Positions 25,821 through 39,396 of a DNA stretch of 64,000 bases are shown here, one piece after another. Origin of the DNA: Octopus sinensis (lineage: Eukaryota); contig NC_043014.1 of assembly GCF_006345805.1 (NCBI RefSeq), forward strand, positions 53,568,001-53,632,000, in the 5' to 3' direction. Made by a program: the position numbers and the translations under genes. The notes below the pieces were generated by a model that saw only the letters and a program-made list of their open reading frames with translations, ran no database searches and was not told the origin of the DNA. Numbering within the stretch: position 1 is the stretch's first letter; every line of letters begins with the position of its first letter.

Positions 25821-25970
25821 ATATATACAACGCTTCTTTCAGTTTCCGTCTTCCAAATCCACTCACAAGGCTTTGGCCAGCCCAAGGTTATAGTAGAAGA
25901 CACTTCAGTGGCACTGAACCCGGAACCATGTGGTTCGTAAGCAAGCTACTTACCACACAGCCACTCCAAC
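25545..25970 (-). mobile_element. tRNA-derived SINE (same family as 12047-12428)
   Basis: Shared tactcttttacttgtttcagtcatttgactg ... caagctacttaccacacagccactcc. Confidence 0.85.
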
Positions 25971-26492
25971 ATGTTTATGAATAAAATCATTTTCCCCATT
26001 GATATATCAGCAAACATCCTTCTCACCCAGATTACTTCTGTCTTGCTCTTCCTCTCCTACTGAAACAAGATACATCAGTTCTAAGCAATTTAGGGAAAGG
26101 GTTTAATCGTTGATTAAAGGTCTTCCCAATGAAGGCTGACCAGGGGCTAAAGAAGAGACACATACCAACTAGAGAACCTCTATGCAGTTGTTTCACCTAC
26201 TAGGAATAGCAGCCAAATCTCCTACAAATCACATCCAACTATCTTAAATAAGAAATAAAACAGATAATATACTAATTGATATATTATATCTGAAAAGTAT
26301 TCATAAATATTTTAAAACCTTTCATTATAATTTCCTCAGACTCCAGCTTAATGAAAAAATAATTACACTCATTCTTAATAAATTTTATTTTACTTTCAAA
26401 ATCAATGGTAGTGTATAGTTTTTTCAAAGAAATATAGTCACAAAAAAATTATTGGTTATGCTTCAATTTTATAATGTGCTCTTTGTACTTAC

Positions 26493-26554
26493 GGAGTGAT
26501 CCAATGATATGTGATGAGGGATGGGAAAGATGCTTCCAGCTCTGGATTTGGTTT
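26493..26554 (-). CDS. ABCC1: Gene B exon 6: KPNPELEASFPSLITYHWIT(P)
   Basis: Acceptor ttgcag, donor gtaagt; 62 bp; L0 motif PE..ASF.S.IT..W. Confidence 0.9.
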
Positions 26555-27928
26555 CTGCAAATACAGACAAACAAATATTATCTTTTTACAGAAGTATAAG
26601 GTTATAAAACTGTTCACATTTTCCCAATGCCAAATAAAATATCTACATACAAATTCTTTCATTTTTCAGTCAGTGGATTTCAGTCAAGGGCTTTAGTCAG
26701 TTATATTGACACCAGTACACATTGTCTTACTTCAGTCTGATTCTTATTTTATTAATCATTTTTACTTATCAATTAGCTGAGTGTTAAAGACAACTCCACA
26801 TACACTGCTTTAACACAGGAGAGAAGGAAGCTTCTATGTGGTCTTTCGTCCTATTAGTATCTCTATTCACACACACACACCTCTGAGTCAGTTCCTAATT
26901 TGAGTTATTGTGCTACTTGATGGGTCAAAGGACCATGTCTCCCTTATATGTTCTATTTTTAGTATGATTACTATGCCTGGATGCCCTTCCGAACACCAAC
27001 CAGTTTATAGAGGGTACAGGGTGCATTTTATTGTGCCTTCAGCTATAGAAAGGTTGTCATATCCTCTGCCAGATTAAAGGGTCCTCTCAGCTCTATGTTG
27101 TCTCTGTTCATTCACTAATAATAGGCACCATGGCAAAATGCTAACTCATCCGAAGCCTGGCAATACCAAGGCATTGATTTTCATCAATGAAAATTCAAGT
27201 AATGCAGAATTGAGTTCAGCTGTTAATGCACACATATATACAAATAGATATAGAGATGCATATAAATGCAATACTAGGTGTCTTGTTGAGATGGAATGGC
27301 AATGTTTGCCCGGTCAAACCATCCAACCCATGCCTGTATGGAAAACAGACATGAAATGATGATGATGATGATGATTATGAACACCTTTACTGTATGAAAT
27401 ATCTCCAATAAAAACAAGATATTTACACAAACACTTAGGGTTTTGAGTGTAAGTAAATCTGAAATATTGGTTGCTTTTGTTATTTAGCCCAAGGGTCAAC
27501 TTGGGTCAGCACTGACCATCCATCTATTTTTGATGGTATAATGTATTTAGGACTAAGTTAGCTAACATGTCATTCCATTCTTTAAGATAATATAAAAGAC
27601 TTTTGGTTGCTATTTCTAGCAAGTAAAGTGACACTTTCCCATTGGCTCTTGTTATAGTCGTCTTGCTTCCCCTCTTCCTATTGGTCAGTCTAGATTGGAT
27701 CAACATTCCAGCCATCCCCATCCTTTCATTTTGTGCTACAAATCTTAGAGAAAAAATACAGAGCTATTCTGCAAAAATGTTGAAGAACTTGTAAAACAAA
27801 AAACGATTTTATTTGTTTGAAATTTCTTGGTTTATTACATTAAGTACGTTAGTGTCCACTTGAGTATTCTAACGTTAACGAAAATCAAAATATAAAATAT
27901 AAAAATATGAAAAATAACATAAACTAAC

Positions 27929-28053
27929 CCTTTGTAATGCTTTCTTGTCGTATTTGCGTGGCACTTCAGCAAACAATGGAACACAACCTCCAAGACGATG
28001 AATGTATAGCATGCAAGGAATACGTTGAAGTGTAGAATATCAGTTTCATATTG
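27929..28053 (-). CDS. ABCC1: Gene B exon 5 (frameshifted as assembled): QYETDILHFNVFLACYTFIVLEVVFHC-[F]AEVPRKYDKKALQR
   Basis: Acceptor ttacag, strong donor AGG/gttagt, but 125 bp long; the conserved CFAE-type motif reads only if one T is added at 27971-27973. Confidence 0.8.
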
Positions 28054-28091
28054 CTGTAACATGAGACAAAGAGAAAGGTCACATCTAAGTT

Positions 28092-28143
<52 letters not shown>

Positions 28144-29844
28144 ATGCATGTGTGTGCATGTTTGTGCGTGTGTGTATGTTTCTTCTTTGAGTTTTATTTC
28201 AGTTCTTCTCGAGAGAATCCAAGCCAGTTGCTAACAAAGTGACAAGATTTTCTGAGTGAAGAGAGTTCCTGGTGTTTGTAAATCTGTGGTTGAGTTGGTG
28301 GGTTGGGGTTCAACTGTCAATGCTTACACCCAAGTGTGTGCATCTCTTCACCTGAGAATCTCAGATGGAGATGTATGTACACACAAATGAACAGACAGGT
28401 CATTCTGTCATCTACTAATGAAGGCAAGGTGTGTATATATACACACTCCTTCTTGAAACATGGATCCATGTCCAGGAAAAGAATATATAAAACATATATA
28501 AGAAAAGGAATAAATATTGGACTTGTTTCTTTATTTGTGCATTGTAGACTTACAGTTGTTTCTGATATACATTATAGGTGCTTTTATGGCTCTGTTTACT
28601 CAATCAGTCGATTGATTGATTGAAAAAAATCGAATGACCTTACCAAATACTGTCATCTTTGGAGACCATGCACAGATTAGTAAGTTACATGAAAACAAAA
28701 ACAAAAGCAACACAAACATGGAAAGAGGAGTGGGGAGAAGGGAAAGAAAAATACAAAGAGAGAGAGGGAGAGAGTATCAAGCAATGGGATAGAAGGTGGT
28801 GCCATTGTATTTATAAAGGAACTAGCTCATCTCTCTCAAACCAATGTATCAGGTCAGGGTGTTGAAATTTGATATCCCCCCTCTTCTCCAGAGGTCAGTT
28901 AAATTTTATGACATTATGGTTGTTCTAGCATTTTGTTTAAGACAGCTTGATTTCTCTAGTTATTCAAAGTGAGTAGTACAGGAGTTTATATATTGAAGAA
29001 ACAGAACCATGAATGCACCTATACTGTATATCAGAAACAGCTGCAAGTCAATGATGCACAAAAGAAGAAAAGTTATTTATGATTTTCTTTCATAGACATA
29101 TATATGTATACATACTTAAACATATTTGAGAAATTCATGTGTGTATTGTGTTTGCTTGTTGATGCATGAGATAGACTTAGGTTTGTGAATAGCACAAAAT
29201 CATATGGCTGGAAGGAGAGAGGAAGAGAGGGGGAGTAAAAGCGAGAAAACCACACACACACACACACACACATGCACACACACACATGCACACAAACACA
29301 CACACACACATACAAACACACATACAAACACACATACAAACACACATACACATGCACATGTACACACACACACACACACACGTAATGGTACATTGTCTTG
29401 TGGTTAGGCTGTTGGGCTTACGATCATGAAGCAGTGAATTTGACTTTCATTCTTTCAGGGTTGGTGAAAAAGTACCAACTGAAGGCAGTTGATTGGCCGA
29501 ACTGTTGGTATGTTGGACTGAGATACCTTGTGGTATTAGTTTCAGCTCTGAATTCTCAGTTCAAATCCCACTATAGTCTATATGTATGGTGGCCTTAACC
29601 TTTTGCCTGGTTTAGTACCATCACCTGACAGAGTTCATTCTGTTGCAAGCATTTCAGCCAAGTTTGAGAACACACCTTTCTCATATTACCCACAAGTCTT
29701 GGAGGTCCTGTAATGAATCATGGACCCTGTATTTGCTACAGACTAAGATACAAAAAAAAAATTAAAAAAAGCAAGTAAGAAGTAGACATAAAAATTATGA
29801 CGCACATGTTGATGGGTGTGGTTACAACAATGATGATGACAGAG

Positions 29845-31070
29845 ATAATCATCGTCATCATCCTCATTTAACATCTGCTTTCCATGCTGGCATAGGTTGG
29901 ACAGTTTGACTGAGGACTGGCAAGCCAGGAGGCTGTGCCATGCTCCAATCTGATCTGGCAAGGTTTCTACAACAAGAGGCCCTTCCTGACATCAACCACT
30001 TTGAGAGTGTAGTGGTTGCTTTTTATGTGCCACTGGCACAGGAGCCAGTCAGACGGTACTGGCATTGACCACACTCGGACGATGCTTTTTATGTGCCACT
30101 AGCAATGGTGCCTCTCAGGCAGCACTGGCACTGGCCATGACTATGATTTTACTCGACTCAACAGATTTTCTCAAGCACAGTGTATTGCCTGATGATTGAA
30201 GGGTACTTTTAAACAGGCCAGTTATGCAACACTGGCATTGGCCACAGCTATGATCTCACTTGGCTTGACAGGTCTTCTAAAGCACAGCATTTCTCCAAAG
30301 GTCTCAGTTGCTTGTCATTGCTTCCGTGAGGCCCAATGTTCGAAGATCATGCTTCACCACCTCATCCCATGCCTTCCTGGGTCTACCTCTTCCACAGGTT
30401 CCCTCCACTGTCAGGGTGTGATACTTCTTCACACAGCTGTCCTATTCCATATGCAACACATGACCATACCAGCACAGTCGTCTCTCTTGCACACCACAGC
30501 TGATGCTTCAACTTTTCTCTCTGGCTGCTTACACTCTGTTGTGTGTGCACACTGACATTGCACATCAAGTGGAGCATACTAGCTTCCTTTCTTTCAAGCC
30601 TATGTAGGTCCTTAGCAGTTACAGCCTGTTTCACTACCATGTAGCATGGCTGTTCACACACAAGCATCATACAGTCTACCTTTCACTCTGAGCAAGAAAC
30701 CCTTTGTTACTAGCAAGGGAGGAACTCTCTAAACTTTGCCCAGGCTATTCTTATTCTAGCAGCTATGCTCTCAGGGCATCCACCTCTGCTACTGACTTGG
30801 TCACCTAACAGAAGCTATCAACTACTTCTAGTTTCTCACCCTGGCATGTGATGGAATCTGTTTTACGTACATCTTCAGTGTTTATTGCTCCTGTACATCT
30901 GCCACACACAAAGATTATCTTCCCAGTTAACCTTCCTTTGATATTACTGCACTTCTTATGTGTCCATAGCTTACACCAGGTACATCTTATGGAGTTTCTA
31001 CCTACACCTTTTCTACTGAGCAGGGCCATCTACCTGAAGGGATTTTTGATTTGTCTGCTTCCTATGTAGT
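29845..31070 (-). mobile_element. RTE-clade LINE 3' fragment (includes the Cys-rich C..CK.W.HK.C segment)
   Basis: NSIRCTWCKLWTHKKCSNIKGRL...FVCGRCTGAI...LEVVDSFC, the downstream RTE C-terminus and a (GAT)n tail. Confidence 0.88.
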
Positions 31071-31355
31071 AACAATATAATAAGAACAATTGTGATGTTC
31101 ATAATGATGATGATGATAATAAAATGGAGATGATTGTAATGATGATGATAATGTTGATGATGATAACAGTGATGATACTGATTATTATGTTAATGACGAG
31201 GATGATGATGATGACGACAATTTTAATGATGCTTCTGATGATAATAAGGATAGTGACATTGTCAATTTTTTTAAAGACCAACTTTATCTGAGATAAAACA
31301 AGTCTGTATAACCCTGCCTTCTTCTGGGGCAAGAGCATTTTTGGAGAAACCTTAC

Positions 31356-31484
31356 CTTTAATATGACTTTGTTGTAACATAGAATGGTACTGGTCAACAA
31401 AGAAAGTAACCAGTAAATGAACAGAACTCCTGATGTTACAGTACCAGCCAGGCGTTCAAGTTGCATGAGAATCATTGCAGATAA
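31356..31484 (-). CDS. ABCC1: Gene B exon 4: LSAMILMQLERLAGTVTSGVLFIYWLLSLLTSTILCYNKVILK
   Basis: Acceptor ttgtag, donor AAG/gtaagg; 129 bp; motif QLERxxGxxxSGVLFxYW. Confidence 0.92.
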
Positions 31485-32279
31485 CTACAAATAAAGAAGA
31501 AAAAAAAGCATAAAGTTTAGTTGCTGACATGATTGAATTAGAGAGATATAACTGAATAAGAGAGAGGGGGGAGATGAAGATAGTAAATGAATGAGAAAAT
31601 TAATAACTGATAAGTTCTGAAAGGAACTTCTTTTCAGGAGTTACGAATTATAAATTTTCTTATTCACTCAGAGATCATATACATTATATGTAATTTTATC
31701 GCATACATTAAAATAATTGTCTTTCTTATTTCCTTTACAACATACATCTAAGGACACTCGTTTAGAGCTGTCTCCTTCAGTAGCAAAGCTGATAGATTAG
31801 CAGTCCACCCTGGATGATGCTCTTATGAGGGCAGCACTTGAATTTCTGCTATATGAAATAGCATAGCCTATAGACGACCCAGTGGGGTGGGATAGAATCA
31901 ACCCAAACGCTGTCTCTGGCATCACACACTCTAGTTATGCCCTGGACTCTATAAACCTTTGATATTATATTTTGGACCTTCCCATTTTCCATTTTCCTGA
32001 GAATGCATTTTTCATTTATGCAAAAACATGCAATTCTCCAATTATCTCCCTTCCATTATATTATCAAATATAATTAACATCCACAAGTGAATTAACCCAG
32101 GAAACTCCTGAAGTCTTTCATGGAAAGCCATATTTGTGGGCATACAGCTTGGTTGACTCAAAGTTATTGTAAAAGACACTTGCTTAAAATGCCATGCTGT
32201 GAGATTGAACCTGGAGCATCATGACTGTGAAGTGAACCACTGAACCATCCGGTCATCCACACTGTGTCCATCACATGTG

Positions 32280-32334
<55 letters not shown>

Positions 32335-32539
32335 TTTGATCATTCATTTAACACCTATTCTTCTATGCCACTATGGCTTGAATGAGAATCGATTTTGAGG
32401 CAAAAGGTCTCAAAAAAGAGTGATAATAAGGGGTACTCCTGAAACGCAGATATCTTGATGGGGGAGAGGTAAGAAAGGAGTGGTGGTAAAATATGCACAA
32501 GCCCAGTATTACTCTTTCATTCACAGACAGCCTGGTCCA

Positions 32540-33110
32540 ACAGTTTCATGTTTCTGTCGTTTCCTCTCTTTAGAACATCTCCTTTGTCCTTGTGTTTACT
32601 ATGACTGTCATACAAGTAAAATATGATACCTTCTTCTACAGTCTGATTAACTATTCAGGTGACAAGCCCATACCCTACTTCGCCAGATGTTTTAAGGTAC
32701 CTCAGTAACTAGCTCCAACGAACTGGTTCCTTTCCCTGCCTTCATATCCTTAATTGCTCTATCTACCATAGAATTGTTAACTTGATCAGCTGGTCCCTTG
32801 GGCTAAGCTCTCTTTCCTCAATCACTCATACTGGTATTTCCATGCTTTTCTTTTCAGTATTATTAAAGGAAAGTGCATCACCATCATTCCAAATAGACTT
32901 GTCCATGAAAACATCTCAGCTTTTTTCATGTAACTGTCTTGCAATTCCAAATACCTTGTGTTTCTGGTTCCCATATAGCAAAATCTGTGTCAAGCTCATA
33001 CTTTCTGTTTCTCCCTTAGTTAAGTACACATTGATGCCTAGTCTCTCTTCCCACAACTTGGTATTACTTTCTGCCAACCTATTTCTCCCAGTCTCCCAAT
33101 CTTACAGAAA
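32540..33110 (-). mobile_element. Decayed RTE LINE fragment (region preceding the RT domain)
   Basis: Fragments VF.IARQLHEK and DMKAGK...EVLKTSGEVGY.LVT.IVNQ..EEG, with stops and frameshifts. Confidence 0.55.
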
Positions 33111-33232
33111 ATTATGATGGAGGTTTTAAAAGAATTTAACATTTTGTTGTTGCTTTACTTGCAAATTATTTGTAAATGAAATAAGAACATACAAAATAAA
33201 AAGACGATTAACAAACCCATTACAATACTTAC

Positions 33233-33352
33233 ATAAGCTATAATCTGGAATATACTTGCAATATAGTCCACTGCTGTAAGGTGAGCATTTTCATAGTAAA
33301 TACTCATTATTAAATCACAAAGGAAAAATACAGCTAGGAAGAAGCTTAAAAG
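33233..33352 (-). CDS. ABCC1: Gene B exon 3: LLSFFLAVFFLCDLIMSIYYENAHLTAVDYIASIFQIIAY
   Basis: Acceptor ttacag, donor gtaagt; 120 bp; hydrophobic TMD0 segment in the expected position. Confidence 0.8.
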
Positions 33353-33939
33353 CTGTAAAATAAAGGTAGAACTACAAAAATAAGTTAAAGAGATTGAAAT
33401 ATGATATTTGACCAAGAAAATATTTTAGCATTTGGAAAACATGATCTTAGTATTTTATTTGAAACCCAATCACAATTAGGATATTTTATAGAAGTGATTT
33501 TCAATTCCTCCTCAGCTTCATGTATCTTGCTATTTACACCAGGCACGAGCAGCCTTTTTTGAGAAGAGGGCCACATGAAAGATGGATCATCATCAGGTGG
33601 GCCACACTATTAGTAAAATTCAACTAATTTTTTTAGGCATGCCATTCATATACTTTTGCAGGTTGTCCTTGATTGATTCACATCCTTATTCATATACAAA
33701 AGAAATTCATAGCTAGCAAAGAAGTACAGAAAAAGGGGAGAACTCTTTTATTGCTAAGGTTTAGCATGAAAGAATTTCAGAATGAATACTTAAATTTTAA
33801 GTGAGACATATTTATGCCCTACCACAGAAATTTATACACCAAGGCAGTAAATTTAGTCTTTATTCAGAATCAATATATTATAGAATATGATTTGAACTAG
33901 TACTTAGGTGGTATTATATTTGATCGATTTGAGTAGGGT

Positions 33940-34165
33940 GGAAAGCAATACAGACCTGTCTGGCACCTGTGCAGGTGGCACGTAAAAAACACCCACTACG
34001 CTCGCGGAGTGGTTGGCGTTAGGAAGGGCATCCAGCCGTAGAAACACTGCCAAATCTGACTGGGCCTGATGAAGCCTTCCGGCTTCACAGACCCCAGTTA
34101 AACTGTCCAACCCATGCTAGCATGGAAAACGGACGGTAAATGATGATGATGATGATGATGATGAA
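33940..34165 (+). mobile_element. RTE-type 3'UTR/tail repeat (truncated LINE or LINE-mobilised SINE tail)
   Basis: gtaaaaaacacccactacgctcgcggagtggttggcgttaggaagggcatccagcc...cccatgctagcatggaaaacgg + (GAT)n; many copies in the window. Confidence 0.8.
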
Positions 34166-34497
34166 GGAACTACACGTGTTTCAGTATTGGAAGATTACAA
34201 TATACCTACATATACACGACTATATACCCATATATACACATATATAAATACATATATGCAATTGTCAGATTTACAATTATTCCAACACATCTTCAGGTTC
34301 TATTTCAAAATATTATATATCTAATTTTACATCCCTTTAAAAATAAGCAATACAATTAAGCATTAAAAATTAAAAATTACGAATTAAAAATTAAGAATAA
34401 AAATTATAATTTGTAATATTAAGAATTAAAATCTATAAATTATACATTATAAATATGAATTAGTATATATATTGTATATTTGTTACAAAAGAATATC

Positions 34498-34535
<38 letters not shown>

Positions 34536-35479
34536 AGAGGGAGAGAGGGAGTGAGTGAGAGAGAGAATTAAAATATTGGTTGAAAGAGAAGGAACTATGC
34601 AGATTAGCAGGCAAAATGAGGGATAGGCATGTTGTGGTAGATAAGCGGTAGATAGGCATGCAGTGATAGATAAGCGAAAATAAACAAACCCCAATGACTC
34701 TTTATCTTGATGCATAATCACACCCACACAGATATCTCGATTTGGTAAGAATGATCTGGATTTGAAGTACTTAATGCAAGCAAAGTTCAACAGTTTGTTT
34801 CAGCAAATCAAGTGGCTTGCTACATTGGAGTATCTTTGTGATGTTCCCAGGACTCAGACAAGTCAATACTGTATATATGACGATGCATGTGCATGTGTGT
34901 GTGTGTGTGTGTGTTACATCATCATCAGTTAACGCCTGTTTTCCTTGCAAGCATTGGTTCGATTGGATGGTTTTACAAGATCCAGAAAGTTGCAGGGCTA
35001 TGCTGAGTTCCAATGTCAGCTTTGCCATGATTTTTATGGCAGGGTACTCTTCCTAGTATTAACCATATCACAGTGTGTTCTGGGTGCCTTTTTTTTTATC
35101 TACTGTGAGGTTGCTAGGTAACTTGCAAAACAGAAAAGGACAGGGGGAAAAAAAAAAGGGAACAGCTTCAGTTATTATCACTCCACTGCCAGTGCCTGCA
35201 TGATTCAACCAAACAACCAGCTTCAACCCCACACAATCACAACAGTTACCTTCACCCCACTCTCGACCAAAGCAACTATTTTCACATACCCCACTCTACC
35301 ACGAGCACCTTCAACAACAATAACTAGTCTCAACTATACCATTCCTCCAATTGAGGCTGTTACCACAACTACCACCACCACCACCACCACCACCACCACC
35401 ACTACCACCATGAACAACAACAACAACAACAACAACAACATCAGCATGGAAATGGAAAAAAAAAACGCTCTTTACTTAC

Positions 35480-35671
35480 AGTTTTTAAAATGCTGAAAAA
35501 TGTGATATGCCTAGATTTCGATTTTCCACGAGTTGTGATGAGGTGATATGAGTAATAAGGCAGTGTGAGAAACAACCAACCACAAGGTATCCATACAAGA
35601 ACTGTTTTTTGAAAGCAGTCGGTAAACTGGGGCCAAGAACTGTTGTTTGAACTCCATGTCAATGAGGAATT
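35480..35671 (-). CDS. ABCC1: Gene B exon 2: NSSLTWSSNNSSWPQFTDCFQKTVLVWIPCGWLF...FSILKT
   Basis: Acceptor cttcag, donor gtaagt; 192 bp; TMD0 motif PxFTxCFQxTVLVWxPC. Confidence 0.93.
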
Positions 35672-36489
35672 CTGAAGGAGAAAAATAAATAAATAAATAA
35701 ATTGCAGCTTGTCCTTCAAAAAATATGAAAAATGTAAAGGGATGTGAGTTATGTCTTTGAATGGAAATAACTGAGTAAGTGAATCTAGTCATTATTAAAT
35801 AAAAATTGTTAAAAATGAATACTGAACGAAGTCCTTGGAGTCAATAGGAATGAATTAGTAATCTTTTAAGATTGCTGCAAACCAATGAGTAAAGGAACAA
35901 AATGCTGTCATTTTTTATGCTCATGTTTCACACTTGCTTGTTACAGTTGATTCCCAAGCAGTGTTTATGTTTTCAAAGTAAGTGACACCACTGGATTGAA
36001 AGGTGCCACCCAGGTGTCAAAAGCAGAGTGATATCCATTTGGCAGCTGATGATAGGAATACACATTTGTTATGCTTGTTTGTGAAATTTAATGTTTTAGT
36101 CTTGTTATTCTGAGTTGTCCTTCATTCTAGTGAAGTTCATGGAAGTTACTTAGACTGATGTTGGTTGGTCTTTCTTCACACATCATCTTATTAAGCTTAG
36201 ATAACACTTAGGTATTGGTGTCTAGTTTTGGGGAGGTTTTGTGACATACATACATATATATGATGATGATAGCCATTCACTTGTAACCGAGGAAGACCAC
36301 TGCTGACCTTCAGGAACATTGTGTGCTCTAGGACAAACTTATATATTGCATTTGCAGCTCCATTGGTGGCTAATGAACCCTGCTCTTGACAAGCAGACAT
36401 GACTGCAAACATGTGTTAGTAATGCAAACACTCACACACACACACACACATAAAGATACATGTAGTTGTTAGTTCTCAACTGTCAGATT

Positions 36490-37411
36490 GAAATAGAAAT
36501 GTTGGACCTAACAAGCATCAGATGTGGTGTGCAAGAGAGACAACTGCGCTGGTATGGTCATGTAGCGAGAATGGATGAGGATAGCTGTGTGAAAAAGTGC
36601 CACACCCTAACGGTTGAGGGAACCTGTGGAAGAGGTAGACCCAGGAAGACCTGGGATGAAGTGGTGAAGCACGACCTTTGAACTTTAGGCCTCACCAAGG
36701 AAATGACTAGTGACTGAGTCCTTTGGAAATATGCTGTGCTTGAGAAGACCCGGCAAGCCAAATGTGTCCATAACCTCATGGCCTATGCCAGGGGTGTAAC
36801 CAGCCCACTTGTGTGTACCTTTTCCTTCATTGAACACTAAACTCTGCTTGCGAAGACCTGTTCAGGCAAGTGAAATCGAAATCAAAATGAAATTCGATGA
36901 CGGGCATGAGCACCATACGAGCATGATCGTTGACAGAGCGGCTAGCCGGCTTCCATGCCAGTGGCACATAAAAGGCACCATTCAAGTGTGATCGTTGCCA
37001 TCCTCACCTTACTGGCACTTGTGCCCCGTGCTAGTAGGGTGCTAAGAGCACCATCCGAGTGTGATCGTTGCCAGAGCGGCTAACAGGCTTCCGTGCCGGT
37101 GGCATGTAGGAGGCACCATTCGAGCGGGATCATTACCAGCATCGCATTACTGGCACCTGTGCTGTTGGCATGTGTAAAAAAATTTAAGCGAGGTCATTGC
37201 CAGTACCACCTGACTGGCCCTCATGCCGGTGGCATGTAAAAGCACCCACTACACTCTCGGAGTGGTTGGCATTAGGAAGGGCATCCAGCAGTAGAAACTC
37301 TGCTAGATCAAGACTGGAGCCTGGTGCAGCCATCTGGTTCGCCAGCCCCCAGTCAAACTGTCCAACCCATGCTAGCATGGAAAGCGGATGTTAAATGACG
37401 ATGATGATGAT
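36490..37411 (+). mobile_element. RTE-clade LINE 3' fragment, with a ~137-bp internal duplication in the 3'UTR
   Basis: IRCGVQERQLRWYGHVARMDEDSCVKKC...GRGRPRKTWDEVVKHDL; (GAT)n tail ending at 37411. Confidence 0.9.
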
Positions 37412-37841
37412 ACAGAATAAATAGTCATTGGTGAGCAGGGACCATGTATCATGTTTTTTCCTGAATGATAGCAGGTTGGAATATCCAAGAGAGCAGAAGC
37501 CAGAAACTTTTATTGGAAATAATCTTTATGCACAACATTGTCATGAAAGTCTCAAGGAAAAAGAAAGAGAAATCAAACTGCTTCCCGCTCCCTACCCTGT
37601 CACATATTCGCCATCATCTCACCTCTCTTTTTCTCCAACTGAGATAGCCATGAATTTCCTTTTACTGCAAGACACCTATTTCTGTCCCTCTATTCATACT
37701 CTAACATCTCATTTCCTGGTACAAAGCCACCCCACTCAACACTACTCCCTGCTCAGTTGAGGGGTCTTGTCTTGTAACCTATTTGATATATATATCATCA
37801 TCATCATTTAATGTTTTCCATGCTGGCATGAATTAGACAGT

Positions 37842-39396
37842 AGGGTGGAGTGAAAAAGGTACTTTTTACACAGATTTTTGAAATATGTTTTCAAAATATA
37901 TTTTTTATTGCGAAATCCTTTAAAAACATCTGTGTTAAAATCTGCCGTTCTTAAATTTACGTCTTCACGCTCCGCAGCCCACTTGAAATTTTGAATAATG
38001 AGCAAAAAATCAATTTATAACACGTGTGCCATTCCTCATTTTATTTTTTACGTTCATTGTTACGGATCAATTTTCTTTTGTGAAATCCTTTAAAAACAAG
38101 GGTTAAAATCTTAAGTTCTAAAATTTATATCCTCAGGCTCCACAGTGCACTTGAAATTTTGAAATTATGTGAAATAAATAGACTTTTCAACTTTGTTTTA
38201 TTTATTATTTTTAATACAGGGTCACTGAAAATACATGTTACATGAGGTCTAGTTTACACACACATTAAAATAAATTCAACAAATTGTCAAGATTGTAGCA
38301 GAAAAGATAATTCTTCTTTGGCAAAAGGCATCCATCCCTTGGGTTACGGCTGAGTCAGTTAAACCGAAAACCTTAAACTTTCCTTTGCTGATGTAGAAGG
38401 GCAACTGTGATCTGGCCAATTCTTTCTAATTAACCTCAGAACATTCTGTTTAGATACTGCTTGATCTATTCTGCCAATGATCATTTTCCGATTTGTCCAT
38501 TAATCCTGTAAATTAATCTCTCTGTGGTACTTTTGTTGTCTCTACCACAACTGCAGTTTTTAAAGGAGTTGCACTTGCAACAGGACATGTCAAATAAATC
38601 TTTTGTTGCATTGTTTTTAAACACATTACACACTGTTTGAGATGATGGCACATTTTTTCTATTTTTCACAGATTTTAGTAATGCTTGGTTCTTTAGATAA
38701 AAGTTTAAGATTTTCGGTTCAACTGACTGAATCATAACACAAGGGATGGATACCTTTTGCCGAAGAAGAGTTATCTTTTCTGCTACAATCTTCACAATTT
38801 GTTTAATTGAAAGATACTTCTTAACTGCATACTTTTCTTTTTCTCGTTCAAATAAAACGCATTTTAGTACATCCTTGTAAGCTGGCAAAACTTGCTCACT
38901 GAGATCACATGGAGTACCAAATATTGGGCATTCACTATTATGAGACTTTATTGGCTTATAAGTCATCACTAAATGTAAACAACATTAAAGTTAACACGAT
39001 CATTAATTTTAATATGATGGCCTAAAGTCAAGGTAGAAAGCAGAAAACTTCACACACATATGACATATGTCCACACAATGACCATTGCAGCAGCACTGAA
39101 GAGAATTTTGCATTCCTGTTCTTTTTATAGTCAATGACCAAGATATTAGTCAATTGTATTGAAACTTTCCATGCAACCTCTTAAGGATACTATATTGACT
39201 GTTTTGCATTCTGCTATATAGAAATATGTATTTGTTACAATATATAATGCATGAAATCCAAAATTTGATCAAAAATAGCTATCTTTAAAATTTTTAATTG
39301 CAAAGTTCTTTATACACCTTTCTTTTAACCCTAATTCACAACAAAACATCGATTCTTCGTTACCAATTTCTAAAGTTCTATTTTTCACTCTCCCCT
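37842..39396 (-). mobile_element. Internally deleted DNA transposon, superfamily not determined; N-terminal transposase remnant at 38481-38969
   Basis: Imperfect 16-bp TIRs (agggtggagtgaaaaa / revcomp aggggagagtgaaaaa). ORF CPIFG.P.DL...LP.YKDV...SIP...LFD.SCCKC....CSC continues after a frameshift as KVP.RE...QD...RKMIIGRID, which resembles invertebrate transposase N-termini from memory. Confidence 0.6.

Noticed and set aside
28336-28385. Small hairpin resembling a pre-miRNA
   Set aside because: The stem is short and bulged with a tiny loop in (TG)-rich sequence; there is no supporting evidence.
35200-35496. Thr/Asn-rich mucin-like plus-strand ORF
   Set aside because: It is built from (ACC)n/(AAC)n repeats antisense to an intron, with no splice or homology support.
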